Part shown: one piece after another, positions 21,502-31,682 of the stretch
How positions within the stretch are numbered: position 1 is the first letter of the stretch
How the letters are laid out: every line of letters begins with the position of its first letter
NCBI GenBank assembly: GCA_018985235.1
Contig: JADGIG010000011.1
Span: 1-54,577 of the forward strand
From: Sanchytrium tribonematis
Taxonomy: Eukaryota
DNA length: 54,577 bases
Direction of reading: 5' to 3'
The notes under the pieces: generated by a model
The model's database searches: none
The model's input: the letters and a program-made list of their open reading frames with translations, nothing else
What the model was told of the DNA's origin: nothing
Position numbers and translations under genes: made by a program

Positions 21502-22785
21502 TTAAAAATATACGCGACTATCTTTTTTCGCTACTTGCGGCTCAAAGTTGATTTCAAAGGAGACACTTCCTTTCGTGGATGTTTTACAACAATCATCTAT
21601 TGTCATCTTGGGTAGGCTTGGCGGTACAGAATCTTTGGTCCTGAATGAATGGTTATTGTGTTGATTCATTTCAGTGTAGTTTTCCATAGGCAATTTGGGT
21701 AAACTCGATGGTCCGAAACCAGCATTTCGCTTATATGAAGGTTTTGAGAAGCGGCGATAAATGATATTATCTTCAGATGTTTTCAAGGCTTCCAAGTTTT
21801 CCAATTTTGGATAGACCTTTTTGTTATAAATTTTTTCTGGCTCGACTTTGCGTCTCTCTAATGGTGCAGCCAATGTTGATAATCTTTTATCATTCACTAT
21901 AGTTTTCCTGTGCTCTAATTGCACTTGAAATGGGGACTCTTCAAGCACCCTGACATGTACTTCTTGCTTTTGAAGTCCTTTGGCTAGTCTGGCCATTTCT
22001 AATTTGCGCAAATAAGATTTTTCTACTTCATCTTTGTCTTTGTTGCGTACTTGAGAGGGCTCAATTAGTCGACGCTCTAATGGCACTGACATCAAGTCGA
22101 ATTTTTCAATACACTTAGTCGTCTTCTTCACAAGCTTAGGTACGAATGGCATTTCTTCTAATACTTTAACTCGTGGTAATTTAGCTGATGCTTTCACTTG
22201 CTTGCATCTGGCAATCTTTTCCAAATAGGCTTTCTCCACAACCTCTTTGCTCTTGTTAAGTACCAATGCAGGGTCTACAAGTCGTCTTTCTAGTGGCACA
22301 GACATGTCATCAAACTTCGAAAGACATTTAGTTGTCTTTTTAACTAAAATAGGCTTGAATGGCTCCTTTTCCAATGCCTTTACTCGAATCTTGCGTTTCT
22401 TTGTCACAGTTTTGGGCTCTAATGGTTCCAGGATTATTTTGCTAGAGTCACGCTTTACAGGTAAGTCAAGCACACTTTTGCTGGAACATTTTTGTGAGGC
22501 TGAATCTATTTTTGCTTTCAATTTAGGAATCTTGCTCTCAGAATGTGTCTTACACAAGCTCTCACCTTCCTTCTTTATTTGAACTACATTTGGTAAATAA
22601 TGATGGCTCTTCGTCCATTTCAGTTCTGGATTTCGCCCCAATTCTAATTTTGATTCACTTTTTAATGTTTCCAAATCCATTTTAAGCTCCTTCATCAAGG
22701 ATTTGTAACTCTTTTGTTTGCTTTCATTTGCCTTTTCTAAAAAATATAATTGTTTTTCAATTTCTGCTATTTTATCTGCTATCAT
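21502..22785 (-). CDS. Basic orphan protein with about three ~70-aa internal repeats
   Basis: Repeat core (R/V)(V/R)xLExxPF...KKTT...(S/A)(V/A)PLERRxxxPxxxxNK occurs three times; N-terminal coiled coil. Confidence 0.7.
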   Translation of the reverse strand: MIADKIAEIEKQLYFLEKANESKQKSYKSLMKELKMDLETLKSESKLELGRNPELKWTKSHHYLPNVVQIKKEGESLCKTHSESKIPKLKAKIDSASQKCSSKSVLDLPVKRDSSKIILEPLEPKTVTKKRKIRVKALEKEPFKPILVKKTTKCLSKFDDMSVPLERRLVDPALVLNKSKEVVEKAYLEKIARCKQVKASAKLPRVKVLEEMPFVPKLVKKTTKCIEKFDLMSVPLERRLIEPSQVRNKDKDEVEKSYLRKLEMARLAKGLQKQEVHVRVLEESPFQVQLEHRKTIVNDKRLSTLAAPLERRKVEPEKIYNKKVYPKLENLEALKTSEDNIIYRRFSKPSYKRNAGFGPSSLPKLPMENYTEMNQHNNHSFRTKDSVPPSLPKMTIDDCCKTSTKGSVSFEINFEPQVAKKDSRVYF

Positions 22786-23573
22786 AGGGATTGACCTAAA
22801 TTTTTTAAGGCAATTTCGGATAAATACTTGGCAGCAATTAATTCAACACCCATAGGATAAATGTCACAGTATTTCGGCGCATTTTCAGACCATTATAAAT
22901 GTTGGGCTTTTTAAAGAAACCACATTAAGCTATCTCAAAACTCCTGCGCTTTGAAACTTTTCATTTTTGTCTGCTCAATGTTGCAGATAATAAAACACCG
23001 GATTGATCTAAAGTGAACTCCATCTCTTTGACAGCAGTGGTAGAACAGAGAATAATTCAGATTCCTCAAAATAAAGTGGACTTTTTTAGAACAAATTTCT
23101 TTCAATTACGTTTGATTTATTTGTCAGCGAATATTTCTGTCAAAAGTAATCAGAAAAATCACGTTTATAGCTATTTACACCCGAGAAACAATTTTGATAA
23201 GTCGTTGGTCTAACGCCAGTTGTTCCAATATGTACGATTGTAAATAATTGGGATTTGCATACGGAAACCGAATTTGTTTATCTGGATCATGGAACCAAAA
23301 AATCACCCGGAAGGACTTTTGCTCTGCATCATTCATGACAATTCCAAATTCAACCGCATTTTATTACTTGAACTTCTGCAAAGTAAATTTGTTGTTCTAT
23401 CGATTGAATACTAACTTCCTCTATAACTACAAATTTTTGCAAAGATGATCTGATAAGGATAACATAAATAATGCTTTCGGAGTGAAGAGGGCTCATAAAA
23501 TGCATTTATTCCCAAAATATAATTGACAATATGTCCAAATAAGGTTGTCTTGGTAGCTGTGGCCCGCTATAGG

Positions 23574-23679
23574 CAATGTATATGGTAATGCGATCTTGCT
23601 GCCAAAACTTGTCATTCCCAAGTCCCAATGTATATGGTAATGCGATCTTGCTGCCAAAACTTGTCATTCCCAAGTCCCA
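23574..23679. repeat. Perfect 52-bp tandem duplication
   Basis: caatgtatatggtaatgcgatcttgctgccaaaacttgtcattcccaagtcc at 23574-23625 and again at 23626-23677. Confidence 0.95.
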
Positions 23680-23869
23680 TTCCTTCTTCATCTGAACTAC
23701 ATTTGATATGTTTTGGACTATTGGTGGCTTGTTGCCTCTTTTGAGATCTGCTTATAACTCCATTTTTTGTTTTTAATCGCTTTTTGATGTTTCTTATTCC
23801 TGGAAGATGAAATGCTGTATGCTCTCATGAACTTCTCCCAAAAAAGGATCATTTTCTTCAACTTCGGCT

Positions 23870-24380
23870 GTTTTATGTCCTATAATAGATTGAACTAAAT
23901 TTTTAAGGCAATTTCAATAAATTCTTGATGAAAAGGAAAGACCCATCCTCCTTGGTTTGCATTGGTGGCTTTGGGTCCTTTTAAGCTCTGATTTTGGTCC
24001 TAGATCAACATTTGAATCGCTTTTCAATGTTTCCAAATCCATACTAAGCTAGGATTTGTAGCTTTTTTGTTTGCTTTCATATGCCTCTTCTAAAAAGAAT
24101 AGTTTTTTTTCAATTTCTACTATTTTTTTTCTGGTCTCATAGGGATTGACCTAAATTTCTTGAGGGTAAATTGTGATAATTCTTGGCAGCAATAAAATTA
24201 CAACTGGATGTTAAATACGACCATCATGTGGTGTAGACTCAAAAGATTATAGTCCCTAGCTTTATTAGCAAACTCGTAAGAATCTAGCTCGAAACTTTCT
24301 CACTGAAACAAATCAAATATGTCTGCTCATATTTACAGATGAAGGCAGTACACGATTATGTTGGAGTAAACACGATCTAT
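23870..24380 (-). pseudogene. Degenerate duplicates of the 5' end and promoter of the 21502..22785 gene
   Basis: 24010-24205 aligns to about 22650-22850 (aatgtttccaaatccat...aggatttgta...tttgtttgctttcat...catagggattgacctaaattt...cttggcagcaat) with frameshifts. A third promoter-like copy lies at about 23880-23930. Confidence 0.75.
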
Positions 24381-24665
24381 TTGTTGTGAGACAAAAGAGG
24401 CTTGCACCATTCCTCGAGATATTGTCACTGATATAGTTCCCCAGAAATAGCAATAGAAATTTGGCATTTTTTGGTGTTTTAGTTGCACTCTTCCTCGCAT
24501 CAAATTTTTTGTTAAATTATTGGAAATCGGTGACTAAACCACGGCTTTATACATGCCATACATTATCTCATTATCTAATATGATCATTTGTTTAATGATT
24601 ACACCATTTCCGCCCAAAAATGTCGCCATTAATTGAAATATAAGTTCGTGACAACTCGCCCTGGC

Positions 24666-27600
24666 ATGTTATTGGCAACTTTATTACTAGCTACTATCAA
24701 AGTATTCCAGTCACATTTTGAAATAAATGGAAAAGCGACACTATTAAGAGGAGGATCGTTGCAATGGTATCGACTGCCCAAATCCGAATGGGAAGACAGA
24801 TTATTAAAATTTAAGGCAGTAGGCTATAACATGGTGGAAATTTATGTCAGTTGGCAATACATAGAGCCTATACAAAATCAATTCCATTTAGATGATCTAC
24901 AGGACTTTTTAGAAATGTGTAAGAGATACAATTTGTATGTTTATATTCGGCCAGGCCCATTTATTTGCAATGAAGAAAATGCGGGTGGTTATCCCAATTG
25001 GGTGATTGCTCAATCAGACAAAATTATTAATCCAGATAGTTTGGATGGCAAGTATTCTCTCAGAAGTGATGATTTGGATTTTTTGGTGATTGTCAAATCT
25101 TATTTTAAAGCAATTAATCGTATCATTAAGCCATTTCAGATTTCTCACAATGGCACTATCATCCTTTATCAAGTAGAAAATGAATTTGATTATTACATGC
25201 AATCACTGGATGTAGATAGATATGCGTGGATTAAAGATCACCCAGAGAGACCTTATAATCAAACGATCAATATCAATAATTATTTCAATCACTTAAATGA
25301 GTTTATTCGGGAAGATGGTATTGATGTGCCTTCAACGACTTGTCCTGGAACCTTGGAAATGCTTTCAATGCCTACTGACACCACCATTATCCCACTTCCA
25401 AACTATTATTCCAGCACAACTCAAATTGAAACTAATTTTTTAAACTATAAACTCGTTCAAAATCAGAATAAAAATTTGGTGCCTGCTGGGACTTCAGAGA
25501 CATTCCGGGCCTCACATGCACTATCAAGAATGATACTGTCTGGAATGGATCTTGTTTCCCAATTCAACACTTTTGGGCATTTTGCGCATGGACATCACCA
25601 CTCTACAATTTTACAATTATTAGGAATTATGACTGCAGCTGATTTGCCTAAGATGTTCCATCAGTTATTTCATCCACCATCTACTGGTAAAATCGTTGCG
25701 GTCCCAATTGCTTTATTTCCCTCCCAAATGGATTTAAATGGAATTGTATCACCAAGTGGTCAAATTAGGAATCAATTTTTTCATATTCATCTTTTAAATA
25801 TATTTTACAACACTTTTGAGTACCTTATTGCACCTGTTAATATGCCTTATATCTCATATACCAACAAACGACTAAACAAAGCAAAACGATCCAACAAATT
25901 TCCAGTGAATGATGAGATATTTGTCAAAAGTTCAAAAGTCGGAGCATTGGATACCAATCGACATAGATTTATTAGCTGGATGCCATTGAATGCAAGCAGG
26001 ATCAATCAAACCATCTTAATTGGAATTTTAAATCCTTCTTCTGAAGATATTGAATTACCACCCCATTCCATCCAAACACCAGATTTTGACTTTCCTCTAA
26101 TTTCGAAAGTAACCATACCTTCTCAATACATCAATACACTCCAAATTCAATCCGATACAAAATATGATTCCACAGACACGATGTATGTCAGTCATTTAAT
26201 TATAAACCTGATATTTATTTATCATTTTTATTTCAGTACAATCCCATTTACATATAAAAGATTACTGGAAAGCAATGAAAAGAAAAGCGGATTGATTGCG
26301 TTGCACAACAAACCAGACACGGAATATGAGATTTTAATGAATTTATTTGATATTCCTAAACCTAAAAATATTCCACTATATAAATTTAAAAAATCAGACT
26401 CATTCAAGGCAAAAGGAAACTATATTCTTTTGTATGGGTCTGTTAAAAATACTCCTGTTATTCATCATTTGCCAAATTTGACAATTTTAATTTTAAATAC
26501 ATTTTTAGCAAGTCGGTTGTACAATCACAAAGTTGAAAATAAGTCAATTGATTTTATTGGTGTAGATTTGTTACTTGGTGGTAAAATTGTGATGCTTGAT
26601 ATCATCAGGTCATTTTACACATTTCAGTTATTTGAAAAAGAGACAGATCTCATTAAGCTTAAATATCCTATATTATCCAGTGAAACGACATTGAATGGGA
26701 TGCTGATTCAGTATGATTTACCTCGGTATTTTAGAAAAAGTGAATTTGAGATAAATGGACCTTTTCTAAGCGAGTTTTCTGGATTTACTGATTTCAGGTC
26801 ATACAACTCACCGCTTCCTTACATTGAACAATTACAGCTAAATGTTACCAACGAAAGAACTGAATTAGATAGTCTGAATGGCCCGCTAAATGACTACACT
26901 GAATATTCTACTGACATCTCTGAAAATATTCAGAAATTATTTGCCGACTCCAAAAAACCTAAGAAAGTGGTGCTTGTTTTTGAAAGGCTGGGTGATTTCG
27001 CTTGTTTTTACTTAAATGATAAGCCTCTGGAGTGTCGCACACCTTTGATGATGATGCACAAATTTGAAATTGATTCAAATCATTTTAATCTTAAGGATAC
27101 TTCCAAGTATATTTTGAAGATAGTTGTATCTATTTGGGGTAGAGGCAATTTTATGTTTCCCAGTGGCGATTTGGGTCATATTCCTTACAAAAATAAGAAA
27201 ATCAATACAGGAATACATTTTAATATGGTCATTCTAGCCTGTGACGGATTGAAAGGTGTATTTGGAAATACCACTTTAAATGGTTCACCTCTTAGGAAAT
27301 TTAACGTGAGCTCAAAATTTGCCAGAGATAGCAGCAAATTGACAAGGCTTAACCAATACAGTAAATCTGATGCTCCGAGGAGCGTACAAGTAAAAAAGGG
27401 AGAATTAAAGTGGGTTTCGTACTTTATAAAATCGAAGCATCTGATGACTACATCAAAAATCGCAAACTCCATTAAATTAAAGGGTCAAAGTTTGAAAGCA
27501 AATCTGTATATTAACAATATTGTCATTGGTAAATTTATCAGCGATGAAGGCTTTATCCAAGACGGAAATGGGTATGACGTGGACTCTCATGGTCGATCTT

Positions 27601-27782
27601 TAGCGGACACGCATTCATTTCCAGTCGTCAACTTTGAAGAAGGGTTTCAGCTAGATATGTTACTGGACGGAAGAAGAGATGGTGCTGTTTTAGAAGAAAT
27701 TAAAGTGGAAATGAGCAGAGAAATTTACTTAAAAGATGGCAGTAAAATTGGACAAATTGAATACAAATTTGATATTGAGTGA
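24666..27782 (+). CDS. Glycoside hydrolase family 35 (beta-galactosidase-like), secreted
   Basis: GGSLQWYRLP, GYNMVEIYVSW, IRPGPFICNE, GGYPNW, ILYQVENEF. First ATG at 24666, about 22 nt after a tataag box. Confidence 0.85.
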   Translation: MLLATLLLATIKVFQSHFEINGKATLLRGGSLQWYRLPKSEWEDRLLKFKAVGYNMVEIYVSWQYIEPIQNQFHLDDLQDFLEMCKRYNLYVYIRPGPFICNEENAGGYPNWVIAQSDKIINPDSLDGKYSLRSDDLDFLVIVKSYFKAINRIIKPFQISHNGTIILYQVENEFDYYMQSLDVDRYAWIKDHPERPYNQTININNYFNHLNEFIREDGIDVPSTTCPGTLEMLSMPTDTTIIPLPNYYSSTTQIETNFLNYKLVQNQNKNLVPAGTSETFRASHALSRMILSGMDLVSQFNTFGHFAHGHHHSTILQLLGIMTAADLPKMFHQLFHPPSTGKIVAVPIALFPSQMDLNGIVSPSGQIRNQFFHIHLLNIFYNTFEYLIAPVNMPYISYTNKRLNKAKRSNKFPVNDEIFVKSSKVGALDTNRHRFISWMPLNASRINQTILIGILNPSSEDIELPPHSIQTPDFDFPLISKVTIPSQYINTLQIQSDTKYDSTDTMYVSHLIINLIFIYHFYFSTIPFTYKRLLESNEKKSGLIALHNKPDTEYEILMNLFDIPKPKNIPLYKFKKSDSFKAKGNYILLYGSVKNTPVIHHLPNLTILILNTFLASRLYNHKVENKSIDFIGVDLLLGGKIVMLDIIRSFYTFQLFEKETDLIKLKYPILSSETTLNGMLIQYDLPRYFRKSEFEINGPFLSEFSGFTDFRSYNSPLPYIEQLQLNVTNERTELDSLNGPLNDYTEYSTDISENIQKLFADSKKPKKVVLVFERLGDFACFYLNDKPLECRTPLMMMHKFEIDSNHFNLKDTSKYILKIVVSIWGRGNFMFPSGDLGHIPYKNKKINTGIHFNMVILACDGLKGVFGNTTLNGSPLRKFNVSSKFARDSSKLTRLNQYSKSDAPRSVQVKKGELKWVSYFIKSKHLMTTSKIANSIKLKGQSLKANLYINNIVIGKFISDEGFIQDGNGYDVDSHGRSLADTHSFPVVNFEEGFQLDMLLDGRRDGAVLEEIKVEMSREIYLKDGSKIGQIEYKFDIE

Positions 27783-27817
27783 TCTACTCATAAAGGCAGT
27801 GTTAAATAAACGTTTAT

Positions 27818-29032
27818 TCATAAAATTATCCTTTTTTGGAGTGTAAACTTCTCAATATGATAATACAGCCAAGCTAGCTCTACCTCATTCAACCGGAAAA
27901 AGAGGCATCCCAGCGTTATAAGACTTAGCAAAATTCCTGTAAAAATGTATTTCAATATGCCAGAACGTCCATTATTCAAAATTTCGTGAGTTTTGACAAT
28001 TTGCAATTTGCTTGAATCTAATTTGTTTTTAAAATTTTCTTTTTCTATTAATTTGTTCCTATTAACTTTATTCTCAATCTCTGATTGCTTATATTTGTTA
28101 ATAGTGACAGTCAAATGTGATATTTTATCATTCAAAAATTTCAATTCCTTGTTCTTAGATTGGATAGTTTGATTTAAATCATTCATTTCCTCTTGTGTAA
28201 AATTAACAGAAACAGTCTTATTCAACATTTGAGCTGGTTCCGAATGTGCTGATATAAATGGATGCTCGCTAATTTGTGACTGTTGTGGCTGATTCTGCAA
28301 CATTTCGATTTCAGCGTCCAAAATTTGTATTTGTTGCATTAAATCTTTGTTTTTTAATTTTATGGAATTGAAATTGTTGAGATCCGATTCTAGTCTATTT
28401 ATAATTGTATTAGATTCGTGCAGTTCTAATTTGAGCTGGTTTATTTCAGTTTTGTCGTTTAAAATTTGTTGGCTTAGCGAATTGCATTTTTCTTGATGGC
28501 TTTGTAAATCAGTAAGATATTTACTTTCCAACTGTTTGTAGTCTTGTAGTTCACTTGTTAATCCATAATGTGATTGTGAGATACTTTGTAATCTGTTTAA
28601 CAATTGATTCATTTCATTTATATTTTCATTTTCTCTATTTTTATACAATTCTAGTTCTTCTTTAAGCTGGAAGATATCATTGCCATCATTTATATTTACA
28701 TGCGATGGGCTGGTATGGATAGAAGTATTGCTATTGGATAAAACATCGAATGAAGATTGCGTTAAGGATATATTTCCGGTGTCATGAATCAGATGTTGAT
28801 TAAATGGAATAGGATGAATATCTACGTGAGAAACCCTATGTTGAGCCATGACTTTCTTTAATATAATTAGAAAATCTTCCAAATTAAAATCGAGTTCTTC
28901 ACTTGGAACTGATTGCATGATTGAGGCTGGAATTGGCTGATATTCTTGTTCATATTCAAATAAGTATTTTCTTATTTGGGTAGTTGTAGTAGTTTGTGGT
29001 AGATTTTTTCTCAAAAATTGATCCAATTTCAT
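27818..29032 (-). CDS. Coiled-coil protein with a single C-terminal TM helix and short tail
   Basis: First ATG at 29032, long N/Q/K/E heptad region, TM YIFTGILLSLITLGCLFF, tail of about 25 aa. Confidence 0.7.
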   Translation of the reverse strand: MKLDQFLRKNLPQTTTTTQIRKYLFEYEQEYQPIPASIMQSVPSEELDFNLEDFLIILKKVMAQHRVSHVDIHPIPFNQHLIHDTGNISLTQSSFDVLSNSNTSIHTSPSHVNINDGNDIFQLKEELELYKNRENENINEMNQLLNRLQSISQSHYGLTSELQDYKQLESKYLTDLQSHQEKCNSLSQQILNDKTEINQLKLELHESNTIINRLESDLNNFNSIKLKNKDLMQQIQILDAEIEMLQNQPQQSQISEHPFISAHSEPAQMLNKTVSVNFTQEEMNDLNQTIQSKNKELKFLNDKISHLTVTINKYKQSEIENKVNRNKLIEKENFKNKLDSSKLQIVKTHEILNNGRSGILKYIFTGILLSLITLGCLFFRLNEVELAWLYYHIEKFTLQKRIIL

Positions 29033-29077
29033 TTTTGAGAACGGGCTCCGTGTTTTAGGCTTAAGAAACAACATTTT

Positions 29078-30034
29078 ATGAGTTTTGTATCAAAAGTTTT
29101 GCAAAGTTCCTTTCTTAAATCGATATCGAAACCAAAAGATGGGATGGTGACGTATGTGCCCAAAACTCCAGGACTTAGACATCGAAAAGACATAGACTTC
29201 AAAGGATTGGGAGTTTCCACAGCAAAACCAAAAATAGAAGGCCTGTATTTTTTTAAAAAACAGAGTGCCGGACGAAATTCTCTAGGACGCATAACAGTAC
29301 GAGGGAAAGGTGGTGGGATGAAAAAAATTGTTCGAGAAGTTGACTTTTGTCGCAATGAAGGGGAGAAAATGAGGATTTTGCAGCTTGAAAAAGATCCATG
29401 GAGGAGCGGCTTTTTAGCTCTCATAGAGCCTGTTGAATCCAAATCAGAAAAATTAACCAAGAAATATATTATTGCGACAGATGGTATGAAAGCTGGTGGA
29501 TTTGTACAGAGCTTTCAGAAAGGAATTCCGGAAAATGTAGGAGATGTACATGAAGATATATTTGTCAACGGAAATTGTTTCAAATTACGAGATATACCGA
29601 TTGGAAGGGAAATAAGCGCTATTTCTATGAAACCAGAGAAGAAAGCTCAATTGTGTCGTTCTGCTGGTTCATTCGCCATTTTACAAAGTAAATCACAAAA
29701 CCATGCTCAATTGAAATTGAAAAGTGGGGAAGTTAGGCTCTTAGAGTTGGATTGTCATGCAACTATCGGTAGAATTAGTAATTTAAATCATCACAATGTT
29801 ATTTTAGGAAAAGCGGGACGCAATAGAGCACTTGGAAGGAAATCCAAAGTTAGAGGCGTTGCCATGAATCCTGTAGACCATCCTCATGGTGGGGGAGAAA
29901 GAAGAGGAAAAGGAATCATCCCTCAGAGTAGAACTGGTGTCTTAGCTAAGGGAGGACGTACAAGAAACACTAGAAAAAGCAAGAAAATGATCGTCAAAGA
30001 AAGGCCTAGAGGCTTTCAGCTTAGAAATAAATAA
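29078..30034 (+). CDS. RML2: Mitochondrial ribosomal protein uL2m
   Basis: GRNSLGRITVRGKGGG, RSAG, GKAGRNR, VRGVAMNPVDHPHGGGE; basic N-terminal presequence-like region. Confidence 0.93.
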   Translation: MSFVSKVLQSSFLKSISKPKDGMVTYVPKTPGLRHRKDIDFKGLGVSTAKPKIEGLYFFKKQSAGRNSLGRITVRGKGGGMKKIVREVDFCRNEGEKMRILQLEKDPWRSGFLALIEPVESKSEKLTKKYIIATDGMKAGGFVQSFQKGIPENVGDVHEDIFVNGNCFKLRDIPIGREISAISMKPEKKAQLCRSAGSFAILQSKSQNHAQLKLKSGEVRLLELDCHATIGRISNLNHHNVILGKAGRNRALGRKSKVRGVAMNPVDHPHGGGERRGKGIIPQSRTGVLAKGGRTRNTRKSKKMIVKERPRGFQLRNK

Positions 30035-30060
30035 TTTATAGAGCCATCAAATTCATAGGA

Positions 30061-30510
30061 TTAATTCCGTTGTGCAATTTTTTTCACCTTGTTTTTGTTT
30101 TTCTTGCGATTTTTTCTCTTCCGGTTCGTAGATGCTTCCAATTTCACCGACTCAAGCTTTTCTAAAATCTGGGCAATATCTGAAGAAGGAACTTTGGATT
30201 CTTTCTCTATTAGCAATTCCTTTTTCTCAACGCATTTCTTATAAAACTCGTCCGAATCAATTGTATTTTGAAACTCATTAAATTGAGGTTTCCGGGTAAT
30301 TTCACCCTGATATAAATTGCAATCCAATTTTCCAAACCCAATTGTAGATAATTTATCCACTAACAACTTCAGATCGGAAGGACTTGGTGTAATAAAATAC
30401 AAGTTATTATCCAGTGTATATTTCAGATGTAAGTTGGAGTATGCATCCTTTTTTTCATTGGGAATTCCATACAGAGTACATCTCTTTCGAACTTGAAATT
30501 GAAAATTCAT
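30061..30510 (-). CDS. Hypothetical protein with a basic C-terminal tail (NLS-like)
   Basis: 149-aa ATG ORF ending NRKRKNRKKNKNKVKK. Confidence 0.55.
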   Translation of the reverse strand: MNFQFQVRKRCTLYGIPNEKKDAYSNLHLKYTLDNNLYFITPSPSDLKLLVDKLSTIGFGKLDCNLYQGEITRKPQFNEFQNTIDSDEFYKKCVEKKELLIEKESKVPSSDIAQILEKLESVKLEASTNRKRKNRKKNKNKVKKIAQRN

Positions 30511-30995
30511 CCTTGTTTTGGGTTGTAATTTTCTTTCACATTTTATCTATTTTTCACAAATCTATTTCATATAACCTATCATAAATACGATCATTGTTTG
30601 TGTATACTTCTGCGTTATTGTGAGAGAATTTATAATCATATAAATGTAATGCATCTATTGTTGCATTTTCCGCAGCAACGAAATCGAAACAAATTTTTAT
30701 TTTTACACTATCTACTGATTAAACAGAGTCACTTCCCACTTTACCAAACAATCAATTGTGACTGGAATTTTGTTTATAAAAAAACCAGATATGGGAATTT
30801 TGTAAAGTGCACTTTTATTTACTGTAAATATTTTGATACTAAAGTAGGCCAAACATCAGCGTGATTGTAATCATAGAACAAAGCCCGTCAAAATGTAATA
30901 ATCGACCAGAAGTTATCGATGGCCATTCCCCTTTCTGCAATGGGATTGTCTTAAGTTAGACGACTGGGTGCTTATGATATTTGTCCTTTCAATAT

Positions 30996-31637
30996 TTAAC
31001 AACACATTAAAAATCTTTTTACGATTCTTTTCCATTTTTTAATTCTGCCCTCTTTTTTTTCATCGTAAATATCAGAATATTGGCAGTTAAAAATATTTTG
31101 TGTGGCATTTAACCAATTTTCAACCTTTAGTTCATATTCCTTGCTTTCAATGATTGGGAGAAGATTCTCACCATTTTCCATCTTTAAAGGCAGTAACTTT
31201 TCAAATTCTTTTATGTTTTTATTTTCAATTGCCACCTCAACAATATTCCAATTTGTTCTTGGCAAAAGTGGGGCCATTTCCTCAGAAACAGCAGTTTCTT
31301 TGGTATCTACTTCGCAAATTGTGTAGCTGGCCATCATTTTCAATGTTTTTGGCATTATCGGAGGCCTAGAGCTTAAGCTAGCCTGTTGTAATTCAGCTGC
31401 TGGCTCAGAGTACTCTACAATGCTTTGCTTTAAAGGAGGTAGCTCCTCATGGCTTGCTACTCTTCGAATTTTCTTTTCAAGAATTTTTACTACGTCTGCA
31501 ACTGAGAGTTGAGTTGTTTCTATTTGTGCAGTTCTTGGTTTTAAAGGTGGTAAATCTTCCAACTGAGTAAGTTTGACTCTTGAAGATTCAAGGATTTTTA
31601 CAATTTGCGCGACTGGTAGTTGAATAGTGACTATCAT
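30996..31637 (-). CDS. Orphan protein with duplicated N-terminal motif and polybasic-CC C-terminus
   Basis: QLPVAQIVKILE..LPPLK and QLSVADVVKILE..LPPLK; ends KKWKRIVKRFLMCC. Confidence 0.6.
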   Translation of the reverse strand: MIVTIQLPVAQIVKILESSRVKLTQLEDLPPLKPRTAQIETTQLSVADVVKILEKKIRRVASHEELPPLKQSIVEYSEPAAELQQASLSSRPPIMPKTLKMMASYTICEVDTKETAVSEEMAPLLPRTNWNIVEVAIENKNIKEFEKLLPLKMENGENLLPIIESKEYELKVENWLNATQNIFNCQYSDIYDEKKEGRIKKWKRIVKRFLMCC

Positions 31638-31639
31638 GG

Positions 31640-31682
31640 CTTGGCCTATTTTTTAATTTTTTTACACGAAAAATAGGCCAAG
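31640..31682. promoter_or_regulatory. 14-bp perfect inverted repeat immediately upstream of the 31637 ATG
   Basis: cttggcctattttt (31640-31653) and aaaaataggccaag (31669-31682), 15-nt spacer. Function is inferred. Confidence 0.5.

Noticed and set aside
26183..26236. Possible in-frame 54-nt intron in GH35 (gtatgt...tttcag)
   Set aside because: No stop or frameshift requires it, and the encoded INL...YFST resembles GH35 domain-2 sequence. It cannot be excluded without cDNA.
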